64,000 nucleotides of DNA. Source: Octopus vulgaris (Eukaryota). Location of the stretch: the NCBI GenBank assembly GCA_951406725.2, contig OX597837.1, positions 46,562,001 to 46,626,000 of the forward strand, written 5' to 3'. The notes under the pieces are model-generated. The model did not search any database and had not been told where the DNA came from. It saw nothing but the letters and a program-made list of their open reading frames with translations. A program made the position numbers and the translations under genes. Below, in pieces: positions 35,966 to 49,177 of the stretch; positions within the stretch are counted from its first letter, which is position 1, and each line of letters opens with the position of its first letter.

Positions 35966-36266
35966 CAGTGGTTCTCAACAATTTTTTTTTTATCTATGGA
36001 CCTCTTGGATTACTATTTTACTCTGGTGGATCCCCGTAACCATTCAATGTTCAAGAATTAGTTTCAAAATTCTTGTTTTGTTTTTTACACATTAATTTAT
36101 TTAGGTTGAATTATATAAAACATATACCAAGAAACTTAACTGTTTCTTGCAATAAACACATCTAAAGCAAATTTCTTTCACAGACCCGTGAAATACTTGT
36201 GTGTTCCCCACCCCACTTCTTATATGGATCCCCTGGGGTCACATAGACCCTGGTTGAAAACCATTG
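35966..36266. mobile_element. hAT-like MITE related to 33304-33525
   Basis: TIR cagtggttctcaac / gttgaaaaccattg; internal similarity in opposite orientation. Confidence 0.65.
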
Positions 36267-36584
36267 TACTACATGGTCGACATGACCTTCTTAAGGAACA
36301 ACACATTAGGTAACGTAGTCCCAGGTACATTATGTCTGAGATAAAGATGAAATGTTCAGAGATCATAAGGTGTCTTGCTGAATCAAAGCTGATCTGTGAC
36401 CAGACAACAACCTGCTCAAAGGTAGCTTCCAAGTCCTGACCGCTTCCTTAATAAATTTTCCCTCATCACCTTTAAAAAAACTTATTTCCTTAATTTTTTA
36501 AACTCCGAAATCAGTTGATCACACTAGTAGTCTGTTAGGTTATGGATGAAGATGATTTTAACGATGGTAACGAAGATAATGATT

Positions 36585-36790
36585 CTTTCTAAAATAAGCA
36601 CAAGGCTTGAAATTTTATGAGTGGGAGATAGTCAATTACAGTAACCCCCAGTGCTCAGCTGGTACTTATCTTTCCAACACTGAAAAGACGGAAGCAAAGT
36701 TGATCTTGGTGAGATTTGAACTTAGAACATAAAGTTAGAAGAAATAACACTAAGCATTTTGGTTTACATGCTAACAATTCTGTCAGCCTT
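36585..36790 (-). mobile_element. Meta-domain-type SINE (diverged)
   Basis: ctggtacttat...gaaaagacggaagcaaagttgatcttgg...atttgaacttagaac. Confidence 0.65.
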
Positions 36791-36975
36791 GTGAGTGGTT
36801 CTGAAGATAATTATACTGATACTTAATTATGATAATAAATTCTAACATAGGCCCAGCTTTGCAGCTTTTTCATGTAGCAGGAGGGCGTAAGAGGAATAAT
36901 TGTTATTTTGGCCCACGTTCTATAGATTGAAAAACTGTCACTCTTTCTCCTTAAATTCTGAGTTGAAATCAGAAT

Positions 36976-37205
36976 TTAACCCTTTAGCATTCAAATTATT
37001 CTGTCAAATGTAATACTTATTTCATCATTTTGTTTTGAATTACTTCCATACTGTCTTGTGGCTTCAGGATTTTGATACTGTGATTGTATATTTCTTGAAT
37101 GACAATTGTAGGAGAGATGTGAGAGGCTGGATCTGGTTCAGTTTGAACCTAAAACAGGTAGAATACCTGGGCTTGATATGGTCGCTTTAAATACCAAAGT
37201 GCTAA
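36976..37205 (+). mobile_element. piggyBac-like MITE family 1
   Basis: TTAAccctttagcattc start; family body. Confidence 0.75.
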
Positions 37206-37754
37206 ATTACTTCTAGGTGACTCCATCTGCCCATTGCTTGTGGTGCCATTTCTATGGATCCATTGTCCACATAAATGGTAATGATGCCTTCACGTTTGCA
37301 TCATGTTGTATAATTATGATTTCATATTCTTCTTTTTAAAGTATTTTTATGTTGCTACTGGAGGAAGAGGTGGTGGTGTTAGTGATGATGTAAGTGGAAG
37401 TGGTAGAGATGCTGTTGGGGAGGAGTTGATAGTGATGATACAGGGTGAAGTAATAAAAGGGAAGGTGTTGGTGAGGGAAGTGGTGATGATGATGGCATGA
37501 ATTTCAAATCAAAAAAAGAAAAAACCCCAACTCGTTAGCTTTTAGCAAGTCTTTTTTTAAAAAAATTTCATTAGAATCATTTGCTCTTCTTCCTGCCACC
37601 TTCAGCTTCCTCACATCTGTTCTTCTTCTTCTTTATACCCCTGCTTTTACTTGTACCTCTACCCACTCCTTTTCCCATCTTACTAGCCTCCAGAGATTTG
37701 TACTTGGTAGCTTGTATTGTGATGATATTGTAAATAAACACAGTACCAAGTGCT

Positions 37755-37788
<34 letters not shown>

Positions 37789-38417
37789 TGGGTTTGCATG
37801 TATGAGTCTCCCATAATAAATAGAACCATTTTTCTTTGCAGTGAAAATATGGTCAGATTTCATTGCTATATTAGTGTAAACCTGATATTGATCTCTCTCT
37901 CTTCCTCTCTTCTGTCTTTTAGTCCCCCCCTTCTCTCTGCATGGCACCGCTTATTCATTCTTTCCCCTGTTTAGATGGAAGTAGGAAGATGGCAAACAGT
38001 TAATTTTAGTTAAACCAAGTAAATTTACCTGTATATAGTTGGTACTTATTTTTTTTTTCCATCAATTCTTCAAACATGCATCAAAATCAATGTGGTGACA
38101 AAAGTATCCGGGAACTTAATGAAATTCATTCAACTAAAAGTTCAAGTTGGTGTCCCAGCATGGCTACAGTCTAATGACTGAAACAAGAAAAAGATAAAAG
38201 ATATATATACATACACACATACATACACATAAGCATTTCTTTAGGCTGGACATGACTTCAGAATATTTTAACATTCTCATTGCACAAACAGTGTGCTGAA
38301 GACAAGTGGTGTGCATTTGATGACTCTATCAAAGAAGATCTGAAACAAGACAAAAACCAAGCAGGGAATAGGCAGGAGGCTTTTAAAAACAACAGCAAAA
38401 AATAAATATATACATAG

Positions 38418-38815
38418 TGCAGGTGTGGCTATGTGATAGTAATTCTGCTTCCTAACTACATGATTCTTGGTTCAGTCCCATTGCGTGGCAAATTGGGCAA
38501 GTGTTTTCTATTACAGCCTCAGGACAACCAAAGCCTTGTGAGTGGATTTGGTAGACAGAAACTGAAGGCAGCCTGTCATGTATGTGTGTGTGTGTGTGTG
38601 CCTTTGTGTACGTGTTTGTCCCCCACCACTGCTCAACCTGTGTTGGTGTGTTTACGTCCCTGTAAGTTCAGCAAAAGATGCCACAATAGAATAAGTGTCA
38701 GGTTTTAACAAAAAAAGTAAGTCCTGGGAGTGATTTGCTGAACTAAAAAATTCTTCAAGGTGGTGCCCCAGCATGGCCTCAGTCTAATGACTGAAACAAG
38801 TTAAAGAAAAAGAAT
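38418..38815 (+). mobile_element. Full-length CORE-type SINE
   Basis: ggttcagtccca...ttgggcaagtg...ccttgtgagtggatttggtagac...gtctaatgactgaaacaag. Confidence 0.82.
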
Positions 38816-39464
38816 AATGCATAAATACTGGAATCACCTAAAAATGATAAATGTTTGTTCTGTTTTTCATCCAAATTTTGCACTTTTGCCAGAGAATGTT
38901 GAGAGTAATTCTTATCTTGGTTTAATCGTGCTTGAGTGTTTCAGATATTTGTTTCCATATGTTGAGGGCCATGAGATCAAATTGTGCCAGAGGCATTGGT
39001 TTGTAGAGTTAAACAAAGGTGCAACTTCCAGTTCGTGGGCCTCAATGTGGTGCAGGTATTAAAATAGAGCAACTCTTAATAAGACTCACAAGTTTTGTAT
39101 CTTCATGGTTGAATGGGTTTTAATGGATGAATACTAAGTAGGGTAGAAAATAGAATTAGGAATAAGATTTAGTGGCGAAGAAGAACGGGGCTGGTAGAAT
39201 GTTTGGTTGAAGTAGAAAATAGAATAGAGAAATTTGCTGAAACAATTCATGTAAACATCCAAACTTGGAGAAGGAAACAAGGCGCAAGTTGCCAGCAAGG
39301 AAATACAGATGTGCAAAATGCCAATATTTAATAATATAACGATACATAAATAAATGTGAGTCATTCAGCCTTTGTTTAATTATGTCATCGTAATTATCAT
39401 CATCATCATAATCATCTTCTGTCTTTTTTTCTCCATGCTGGCACAGCTTATCAATATCTGTTGC

Positions 39465-39627
39465 TGGCATGGCTGCGGGGTTAAGAAGCTCACTTTGCAG
39501 TGGATGTGGGTTTGGGTTCAACCTTAATGTGCAGCACCTTGGGCAGGTGTTTTCTTCTATAATCTCAGGTCAGCCAATGTCTTGTAAGGGAATTTGGTTG
39601 ATGGAAACTGTGTGGAAGCCTATTGTG

Positions 39628-39670
<43 letters not shown>

Positions 39671-39860
39671 CTTTGTGTTCCTGTTTGTCTTCCTGCTGTT
39701 TGACAACTGGTGTTGACTTGTTTTGTGTTCATGTAACTTAGTGGTTCAGCAAAGGACACCAATAGGATAAGTACCAGGCTTTAGAAAATAAGCACTGGGG
39801 ACAATCTGTTCAAGTAAACCCTTCAAGGCTGCAGTTCAATGACTGAAACAGGTAAAAGCT
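39465..39860 (+). mobile_element. Full-length CORE-type SINE (diverged)
   Basis: ggcatggctgcggggttaagaagc...caccttgggcagg...caatgactgaaacag. Confidence 0.75.
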
Positions 39861-40050
39861 AATGGTACATTCTTTGATGTGTTACAGTCTTTGGACTGTA
39901 GATATATGGGACTGCTATTGTGAAGGACCTATTCAAACAGATATTTTAAAATCTGATACTTATTCTGTTGGTCTCTGTTTGCCAGTCTGCTAAGTTATAG
40001 GGATGTAAAACCAACACTAGTTACCAAATAGGAAGGGATGAACATATGTA

Positions 40051-40136
<86 letters not shown>

Positions 40137-40150
40137 CACACATGTGTACG

Positions 40151-40172
<22 letters not shown>

Positions 40173-40182
<10 letters not shown>

Positions 40183-40416
40183 TAAATTAGAGACAAAACC
40201 ACTATTAGGCAAATCAAACAATGAAAGACTTAAGCCAATACATATGATTAATTTATATTATTTAAATATGTAACAAAATTATTAAAAAAGTAATTATATT
40301 TTTTTAATAATTTTGTTTTATATTTAAATAATATAAATTAATCATATGTATTGGCTTAAGTCTTTCATTGTTTGATTTGCCTAATAGTGGTTTTGTCTCT
40401 AATTTAATATAATATA
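40173..40416. repeat. Near-perfect inverted repeat, 117-bp arms, 10-nt spacer
   Basis: 40173-40289 is the reverse complement of 40300-40416 with 2 mismatches found by eye. Confidence 0.92.
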
Positions 40417-40500
40417 ATATTTTACTATAAAATTGGATTCAATCCTAAATCTGATTTTTCCCTGTAAGTTTGGATTTATTCCCTAATATTTATTATTAAT

Positions 40501-40532
<32 letters not shown>

Positions 40533-40589
40533 ATATACACATGTATATATATCTCCATAAGATGTACCCAGTGTAAGCTATGGACACAT

Positions 40590-41033
40590 AAGAGGTGGAT
40601 GCTCTGAAAGTGTAGCTGCTAGAATAAGAATAGCCTGGGCAAAGTTCAGAGAGCTCCTACCTCTGCTGGTGACAAAGGGCCTCTTGCTCAGAGTAAAAGG
40701 TAGACTATGATGCATATGTATGGACAGCCATGCTATGGCAGTAAAACATGGGCCGTGACTGCTGAGGACATGCATAAGCTTGCAAGGAACGAAGCCAGTA
40801 TGCTCCACTGGATGTGTAATGTCAGTGTGCATACACGACAGAGTGTAAGCGCCCTGAGAATAAAATTGGATTTAAGAAGCATCAGATGTGGTGTGCAAGA
40901 GAGACAACTGCACTGGTATGGTCATGTGGCGAGAATGGATGAGGATAGCTGTGTGAAAAAGTGCCACACCCTAGCAGTTGAAGGAACCTGTGGAAGAGGT
41001 AGACCCAGGAAAACCTGGGATGAGGTGGTGTAG
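40590..41033 (+). mobile_element. RTE-clade LINE fragment (RT thumb / C-terminal region)
   Basis: GGCSESVAARIRIAWAKFRELLPLL...YGSKTWAVT...LHWYGHVARMDED...GRGRPRKTW, with frameshift. Confidence 0.9.
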
Positions 41034-42189
41034 CAACAAAAGTGCTATTACATGTACATGAAGTGACCAGTGGTCTTTATTATTTCTTCTCTACTACAAG
41101 GAAATGAATGACAATTTCTATTATTTCTTTCTTTTAATAATCAATAAGCAGACCAAGCTTGATTCCCCTCTCTTACCAACCTTTAGCTCACTGATTTTCC
41201 ACTGGAATAGTTCTGCCTGCCACTGCATTATTTTTGAGAGAACAAAAGTATGAACACCTCCTGTTTTTAAATTCTTATAACTTTTGTTGTATTGTGCATA
41301 CAGGCTTGGTTTTTTTGTATACTAATAAAGGAATGGATGAATAATATTTTAATGTAATGCATTAAGGAATAGGTGAAAGAGCTGCCCCTCAGAAATGTAC
41401 TTATTTGGGGCCAGTTCTTTCCTTTAATTAGCCAGTCATGGATGATAGCATCCACTTGGTACGTCGTTCTCAATATCACTGTAAGCACAGTCTACATCCT
41501 TGTCATCACCTTGAATAATTTTCTCATCAATACCTGTCTGAGCAAATCCTTCAAAAATTGTCATCTGAGTTAGAATCAAACAAGATTTCTTCCAGAAAAA
41601 GCTTCAAATTGCAGGAGCTGCCATGTTTGTTCAGTAAAAAAAAAAAACTAAAAAAAAAACTCTGATCAATTTCAATGCTTGATTACTTTATGGTTAATTA
41701 ACAATGAAAATGACATTAAAATAATTGAGGTTTAGCCTCGTTCTGAATTGAAAGGAGCCTGTTTACGGCCGCAAGCACCTGAAATAAATGTAGTAATGTT
41801 TATTTCAAGCACCCTTCTCAAGGTGACAAAATGCATGAAAACTCATGTAGGACAACAGCATGGAGAATGTTAAACTATCCAACATGTGTTGCATTTGTTT
41901 ATGTTCTGCTAATCATCACCAGATTGTCACCATCATCTAAATAAGTTTGCATCTTATTTGTTCATTGGTAGTGAGCTGGTAGAATCATTAGAGCGTCGGA
42001 TAAGTGCTTAGCTGTGTTTGTTCCAGCTCTTTATGTTCTGAGTTCAACTGCTGCTGAGGTCAAGTTCTGGGGTCAATGTAATTGATTTCTCCATCCCTCC
42101 CCCCCTGCAATTGTTGGCCTGGTGCCAAAATAGAATTATTTGTCCATTGTAGTCCACAAACTCTTCCCTACAAAACATATTTACTAATA

Positions 42190-44110
42190 CAAAATGTAAT
42201 GGAGGGAGTATTTCTCTTTAAATACTCTCAGACTTGACCATAAAAGTTTTACTGTAAGTTCCAACCACCATGACATAATATATCTTCATGCTTATTTGAA
42301 ACAATGTCAATATATTCTTGAAAGCCCTCTGGAAATCATCAAGACACTGGCTTAATGGCACCTTCATTTCATTTGCTAGTTGTATAATATGCTTTATTGT
42401 AAAGATTTATTTGTCACTCTTCCATTTCCTGCAATTTGCTTGCTCTTCCCTCAGAATCTTGTCAACATTAGGTTCAATTCTGCTTAAAATTACCCACCTG
42501 AACAGTTTCTTGACCAAAACTGGCTCTATGGAATTTCTGTTCCCCTCATAGTCATGTAAGTCCTTCTTCTTAGGCATTTCAATTATAATTTTTTTATACT
42601 GTGGGAATTCCACCTGTTCTCTAAATTCAATTAAACACAATTGCTGTTATGGTTCCCCTTAGCTTTTACCATTTTGGATATGATTCCATCTGCATTCAGT
42701 GCTTTAATAACTACTCTATAGCATTTGTGACTGATTCCCCACCACCACCACCACCACCATCCATTTCAGGGTTCAGATCCTGTTCAACTGGATGTGTATT
42801 TTCTTTATTTTGTAGAATCGGTCTGTTTAATACTTCTTCAAAGTGTTTCTTTCATCTATTCATCAAAAAAAAAAAATCTTTTGTTAACAGGTCACCCTGT
42901 GTATTTCCAATTAGGAGCTCTTTGCTTTTCTGCTTCTTCTAATTTCCTTAATTGATTGATAAGTTAATCTGATCTCCCCCCCATCCCATCACTTTTCCAC
43001 CATTCATTTGAGCATCAGTCTTATCTGCAATATGATTTAAATACTTCCTCTTATCGTGCTTTGGTGAGTCTTCTTACTTTGCTTTTAATGCTTACATATT
43101 CAGCTCTTAAAATAGATAATCTTTCATCATAATTACAGTTTCACATTTGAGTTTCGCTCTCTACCATTTCTCTATCATGCTTCGTGTTTCATTTGTAATC
43201 CATATTTTCCTATTAGTTTCAAGTGTTACTTTTGCTGCTTCTCGAAGTCTCTTGAAAATATCATTCCACATCTGATCTTCATCTTCCCCCTTTCCTCTTC
43301 ATCCATCACTGTCTGTAGAATAACAAATTAAACACAAATTCTTCTTTTACATTTTTGTTTGTTTTTATTTTCTCCATATCAAACTTTAGAGTCAACATTT
43401 TTGTTGTCATCTGTTTTAGCTTAATTTTTAATCTAAATATTGTGAGTTAATGATCACTGCTAATTATGCATTTCGTTTTTCCTTTACATCTTTCATTGAG
43501 GTCCTATGTTTTAATTTTGGTCATTTAATTTCAGTGTTTTCTATCTGGAGAGATCCAGGTATATATTGTGGAGATTTTGATTCTCAAAATACACAATTTA
43601 TTAGTTTATTTCCCATTCCAAAACTGAACAAAGTGTAATTTATTTTCATTCATTTTTACCATTCCTTGTTTACCTATAGACCCAGACAAAAGCACCTCAT
43701 TAGTTTCCCAGTTTGGTATTGAAATCTCCTATATACACCTGCAGATCACGCTTTGCTGTTTCCAACTGCCTTTTGAAGTTGCTATAAAATTTATCTTATC
43801 AGCTGTTATTTCATGCATGGCAGCATAACATATACCAACGTTTTCATGTGTAGACTTGAACTTAGTGAACAGCAACCAATTAATGGAAAGATTTTGCACA
43901 TAAGTGCTTTGTTTACTCATTGGTAATCCCACAACTTGATTTCTTCCCTTGTGAATAAGTTTCTTTTTTCATCTTCCAATTTGACCTTATCAAATCCAGT
44001 TAACCATGTCAAAGTGATGGCATAAATGCCGAAATAATGCTTGTCAAAAACTGATGCAAACTGTTCTGTTTTTCTATCTTGATTCAAGGGATTCACATTT
44101 ATCTATCTTA
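42190..44110 (-). mobile_element. Heavily decayed RTE/BovB-like LINE (APE endonuclease through N-terminal RT)
   Basis: Minus peptides INVNPLNQDRK (~44100), TWISPDRK (~43550), KLFRWVILSRIEPNVDKILREEQANCRKWKS (ORF 42407-42640), CLDDFQRAF (~42330). Confidence 0.75.
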
Positions 44111-44649
44111 AATTCTTAGAGTTTATCAACATATCAGATGTCATATAAAGCCTTCATAACTACTACTTAGAAGTACAGTCACTCTGTCTCCCTTATTCTT
44201 ACTTTTTTCTCTCCTCCCACTCTTGTCTCTTCCACCATATCTCACCTCTTTTCCCCCTCCTATCCTGGTCCATCTTCTGTTGTCACCTTCTTCCCTACTC
44301 ACACATTTGGTCAGATTGTCTCAGAGACAATATACAATGGTGAGGAACACAGGTGTCTTGCAGGCCGCAAAGCAACCTCAGTAGCCTGGTGCCACAATAA
44401 AAGTACAATTCATAAACTGATTGGCAAATGAGTCCTGAGATCATAGGGTGTTTTGTTGAAGGTGTGACAACCCCCTCTCGTGTTGGTGCCATGACGAAAG
44501 ACACCCAGTACACTCTGTAAAGTGGTTGGTATTAGGAAAGGCTTCTAGTCGTAGATAAAATGTAGGAGTCAGATGTGGTTTCCTGATATCTTTAGGAGAG
44601 AACTAACTTTAATTAAGAACTGCTTTGAGCAGTTTACATTCAGTGTCAA

Positions 44650-44845
44650 AAGTGTTTGTCCCCACCCATTGCTTGACAACTGGTGTTGGTGCCTTTGTCC
44701 TCATAACTCAGTGGCTTAGCAAAGAGACTGATAGAATAGGTACCAGGATTATTCTGGGGTTGATTTGTTTGACTAACCTTCTTCAATGTGGTGCCCCAGC
44801 ATGGCTGCAGCCTAATGACTGAAACAAGCAAAAGATAAAAGATGA
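44650..44845 (+). mobile_element. 3' half of CORE-type SINE
   Basis: gcttgacaactggtgttgg...ccccagcatggctgcagcctaatgactgaaacaag. Confidence 0.75.
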
Positions 44846-45749
44846 AGATCTTTAGCTTCCACAACAACATACATCCATTACTTGATTTATTTTCATTTTT
44901 TTTTTCTGTCTATTTCTAAGATAGTTTGTTGATTGTATTGGTAAACAGAGAACTGAGGCAATAACATGTTTTTTGACTGATTATCTGTTGCACTGTTTTC
45001 GTCACACCTTGCTTCGCTTCCACAGACACAAGACAGATGGTGTTTTCTCTCAGTGTTTCTCATATTACCTTGGACCTTTTTAAGCAGTCATGGTTTTGCA
45101 CTCAAGCAGGACAAGTAGCCAGATTGCTTTCCACTAGATCTGTTATTACGAGAAGTAGAATGATTATACTTACATACACACTCACACACACATGTGTGTG
45201 TGTGTGTTTGCCTGTGTATGTATGTATTGTGTATATATATATTGTGTGTGTATATATGTATGTATTATGATTATATACACATGCACATATATACATACAA
45301 TCAAATATATATTATGTCAGTTTATATGTGCATGTGTGGGTGGGTCTGTGTGTATGAATATAAGTGTGTGCATATATATTTATATATATATCAAATGAAT
45401 GTCTTATGAAATCATTCCGCACATACAATAACAGTCATACCAACAATCCAACATACCTCCAGAATATATATATAGGGATCAGGTGTGGTGTGCATTACAC
45501 AGGTACAGAGTTCTTATGTGTAAAAAGATGACAGTTTGGTTGATGACATGCCAAGTGAGTTGAGGGTGGTGGGCAAATGTGGGATAGGAGTACCAAGAAG
45601 ATAGACAAACATGAGGGAAGTTGACTGCAACATGTTGAATCTTTGAAGGAGACAAATGAGTGATCACAGCAAAGGGTGAGACTCTGCAAGAGAAAACAGG
45701 TGTAAAAATTATGACTATATATATATATATATATATGTGTGTATATGTG

Positions 45750-45793
<44 letters not shown>

Positions 45794-46125
45794 AATAAAA
45801 CTTAATCAATGAAAAATTTTCCAGATCACCTTTTCATAAAAACCTAATTACCATCCCACTTGAAACCCATTAAATGTTAATTAATGCTCCACAGTGGATT
45901 TGAACTCAGAATATATAATGTTTCATTTGATGCTCTTATGACTCTGCCAATTCCCCACCTAAATGTATGTATGTATACATTTGTGTGTATGTGTGTGTAG
46001 TTATGTATATTTAGATATGTAATGTGTGTCTATGTACAATATGCATGTGTATGTCTTTGTGTGTCCAGCCTAATATGTTACCCTGTTTAAATACCATTAT
46101 GTGGTCCTTAGGTTTCTTTAACTCT

Positions 46126-46343
46126 TTAACCCTCTAGTGTTTAAACCGGCCAAAATATTCTCCCTATTTTATGTTCAAACTAGTCAGATATAGTCATTCA
46201 TAGCTACCTTATTGTGTCATTTTAAAAATAAACAATCACATCATTGAAATCTCAAAGCCATGAAATGATGCAAGATTAATTTTACATGGTGTGAATACAT
46301 AAGCTTTACATTTGACAGAATAATCTGAATGCTAAAGGGTTAA
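46126..46343 (-). mobile_element. piggyBac-like MITE family 1
   Basis: TTAAccctctag ... gaatgctaaagggTTAA. Confidence 0.78.
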
Positions 46344-46760
46344 CTCTGTTACAACCATTCAAGCTAGGCTTCCCACTGTTTCGTGCCAGTTTGAGCATTA
46401 ACTCCACAGTTCTAGCATTTGTGGAGATATTCAAACATCGTAGGACAGTAATCCTCTTCTCTGAGGTACTTATGTAAACAAATGCTCTTACATCATGGCT
46501 TCCAGTGAATTTTTTCCAATATTTTCTTTAAAGAAGGTCACTGCTCAAAATGTCAGAGTTTATTGTAACACATCTTATCTTGTTCTCTGAATTTCATTCA
46601 TTTAGTTCTGTTAAGGTATTGCATCTGTTTTAATGCATTTTTATATTTTATATTAATGGTATTAATGGAAAGCCAGCATCAGAAGAGTGTTAGATAAACA
46701 CTTTGTTGATGTCATAAGAATTTAGAGAGTTTGAGAAAATGTGAAATAATTTGTATTTAA

Positions 46761-47008
46761 TCGGTGGCACATAAAAAGCACCAACCGATCATGGCTGTTG
46801 CCAGCTTCGCCTGGCACCTGTGCCGGTGGCATGTAAAAAGCACCCACTACACTCACAGAGTGGTTGGCGTTAGGAAGGGCATCCAGCTGTAGAAACACTG
46901 CCAGATCATACTGGGCCTGGTGCAGCCTCCTGGCTTCCCAGACCCCAGTTGAACCGTCCAACCCATGCTAGCACGGAAAGCGGACGTTAAATGATGATGG
47001 TGATGATG
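46761..47008 (+). mobile_element. RTE-related (GAT)n-tailed element
   Basis: tggttggcgttaggaagggcatccagctgtagaaac...cggacgttaaatgatgatg. Confidence 0.82.
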
Positions 47009-47717
47009 TTCAAACCATCTAGATTTGATCTCTTACACCTATCCTATAATGTCAATATAAAAATGCAATAATCACATTATTGAACTCAACAAAACTACAA
47101 AATAAAGCCTAATTAATTCAAAACAATGTGAATATTTAAATAAGTTTTACATTTGACAGAAAAATCTGAATACTAAAGGGTAAAAGAAGTTAGGGCTTCA
47201 TTTGAGGAAAATGTCACTACTATTTCTAGGCAGTCGGGGATTGACTGTAGACTTCCTTGTTGTCTTCTGAGTGTAGTGATTATTATGGTGTTAAGTGGTG
47301 AAGCATAAATCAGAGTGACTAGCCCCAGCTTTTGGCTACAGTTGCTGTGGAAGTCATTAGTGTTTGTGGGATGTTGGTGTGGGGGTGGGAGTTGAAGTGG
47401 AATCTGATGTGTTGGAGGGGGCGATTCAGAACTGGTCAGCTACTGATGGTTGGCTCAGGGTATGAATCATCTGGGAAAAATATAATTTCACAAAAGCAGA
47501 TTTCTTTTTTGGTGGGGTGGGTTTATGAGTTTTTTTTTAAAACAATGATGTGTCATAACTGGCCCTTATGTTAGTCTTTATCTCGTCTAGAGATCACCCA
47601 TGTACAAACAAGGGACAATTAGGAAACCCTCTCTGTGGTTGCTCAACCTGCTAGAAATATCAACCAAATCTCTCTCATTTCACTGTGTGTGTATGTATAT
47701 GTGTATATATATATGTA

Positions 47718-47753
<36 letters not shown>

Positions 47754-47843
47754 GAGGGTGACAGTGCTAAGTAGTGATGTGTATAAGTACAAGCTTGTTA
47801 CCAGTTTAAATACATGAGGCATATCTGAACCCATAAGAAAGCT

Positions 47844-47964
47844 GTTCATTGTATTTTGTCAGAGAGAAAATTTCCTGCTGTAGACAGACAGGTGTAGATC
47901 CACAGTGCATTTACACCTGTCTGTCAACAGTGAGAAATTTTCTCCACGACAAAATACAGCGAAT
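47844..47964. other. 56-bp ungapped imperfect hairpin with 9-nt loop (pre-miRNA-like)
   Basis: Arms 47844-47899 and 47909-47964 pair with 45 Watson-Crick, 5 G-U and 6 mismatches on + (hand count). Confidence 0.6.
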
Positions 47965-47974
47965 GACTTTCCTA

Positions 47975-48485
47975 CAGGTTCTGGCTGTGTGGTGAGAAAG
48001 AAGCTTGCTTTCCAACCACATGGTACTGGGTTCAGTCCCACTGTGTGGCACCTTGGGCAAGTGTCTTCTACTAAAGCCTTGCTCAAGGTTCCACACAGTG
48101 GGACTGAACCCAGCACCATGTGGATGGAAAGCAAGTTTCTTACCACACAGCCAGAACCTGTAGGAAAGTCAAGGCTTATAGCCTTGGGCCAACAAAAAAA
48201 GCTTTGTGAGTGAATTTGGTAGACGGAAACTGAAAGAACCCTGTTGTATACGTGTGTGTGTGTGTGTGTGTGTGTGTCTGACCCCCCCCCCTCATACCAC
48301 TTGACAACTGGTGTTGGTGTTTTTCTGACCCCATAACTTAGCAGTCTGGCAAAAAAAGACCAATAGACTGAGTACTAGGCTTAACAAAATGAAGTCCTGG
48401 GGTCGATTGATTTGACTAAAAATTCTTCAAGGTGGTGCCCCAGCATGGTCGCAGTCTGATGACTGAAACAAATAAAAGTAAAAAC
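47975..48485 (+). mobile_element. CORE-type SINE carrying an internal inverted duplication of its own head and flank
   Basis: 47964-48061 recurs inverted at 48078-48171; the SINE body then resumes at tatagccttgggcc. Confidence 0.85.
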
Positions 48486-49177
48486 AAATATATGTTGTTG
48501 TTCTCTCACCAATCTCTGTCTTTTATTTTCTATACATTTGAATCCCCCCCCCCCCACACAAAGTGAAGCAGAAAAACTGGGCTGTTTTAATGAGCAAAAA
48601 ATGTTTTACAAGGACTACAGAGCTTTGGAGATGATTTTTACTTAACTGTGTTTTTATATTTTTCCTTTCCATTTTGTATTCTGCTCCCATCCTGGCTGGA
48701 ATGATGGGTTTCTTCTTTACATATAAGGGCAATAGCCTGGTTGCTTCTCAATTCAATCTAATATCCTTTCCTTCTTTGAAAACTAAACAAATCTCTCACA
48801 TATCAGTGAGTTTTTTTAATCTTAATTTTGGCTGAGTTTCTGTTAGCAGGAGAGAGAGAGAGAGAGAGAGAGAGAGTAAAAAGGGGTTAGAGGAAGAGGT
48901 TTATTAGAAGAATCTTTTTCCTTGCTTGCTTCCTTTAAATACCAGCAAAAAACAAAAACAAAAACAAAATCCATTCTGCTGAATATCTTTAAATCTGTCT
49001 ACATCTATATCCATATATAAACCAGGAAGTCTGGGGTTAATCTTTTCAGAAATCGCATCATTCCACAGAGCTGCTGTTTAAGCCTTAAAAACTTTCTTCC
49101 ATCTCTCTCAACGTTGTCTGCTTCTGACTTTCTGTCTTCCTTCCCCTTTCTCTCTCTCTCTCTGTTGCCTCCTTTCT

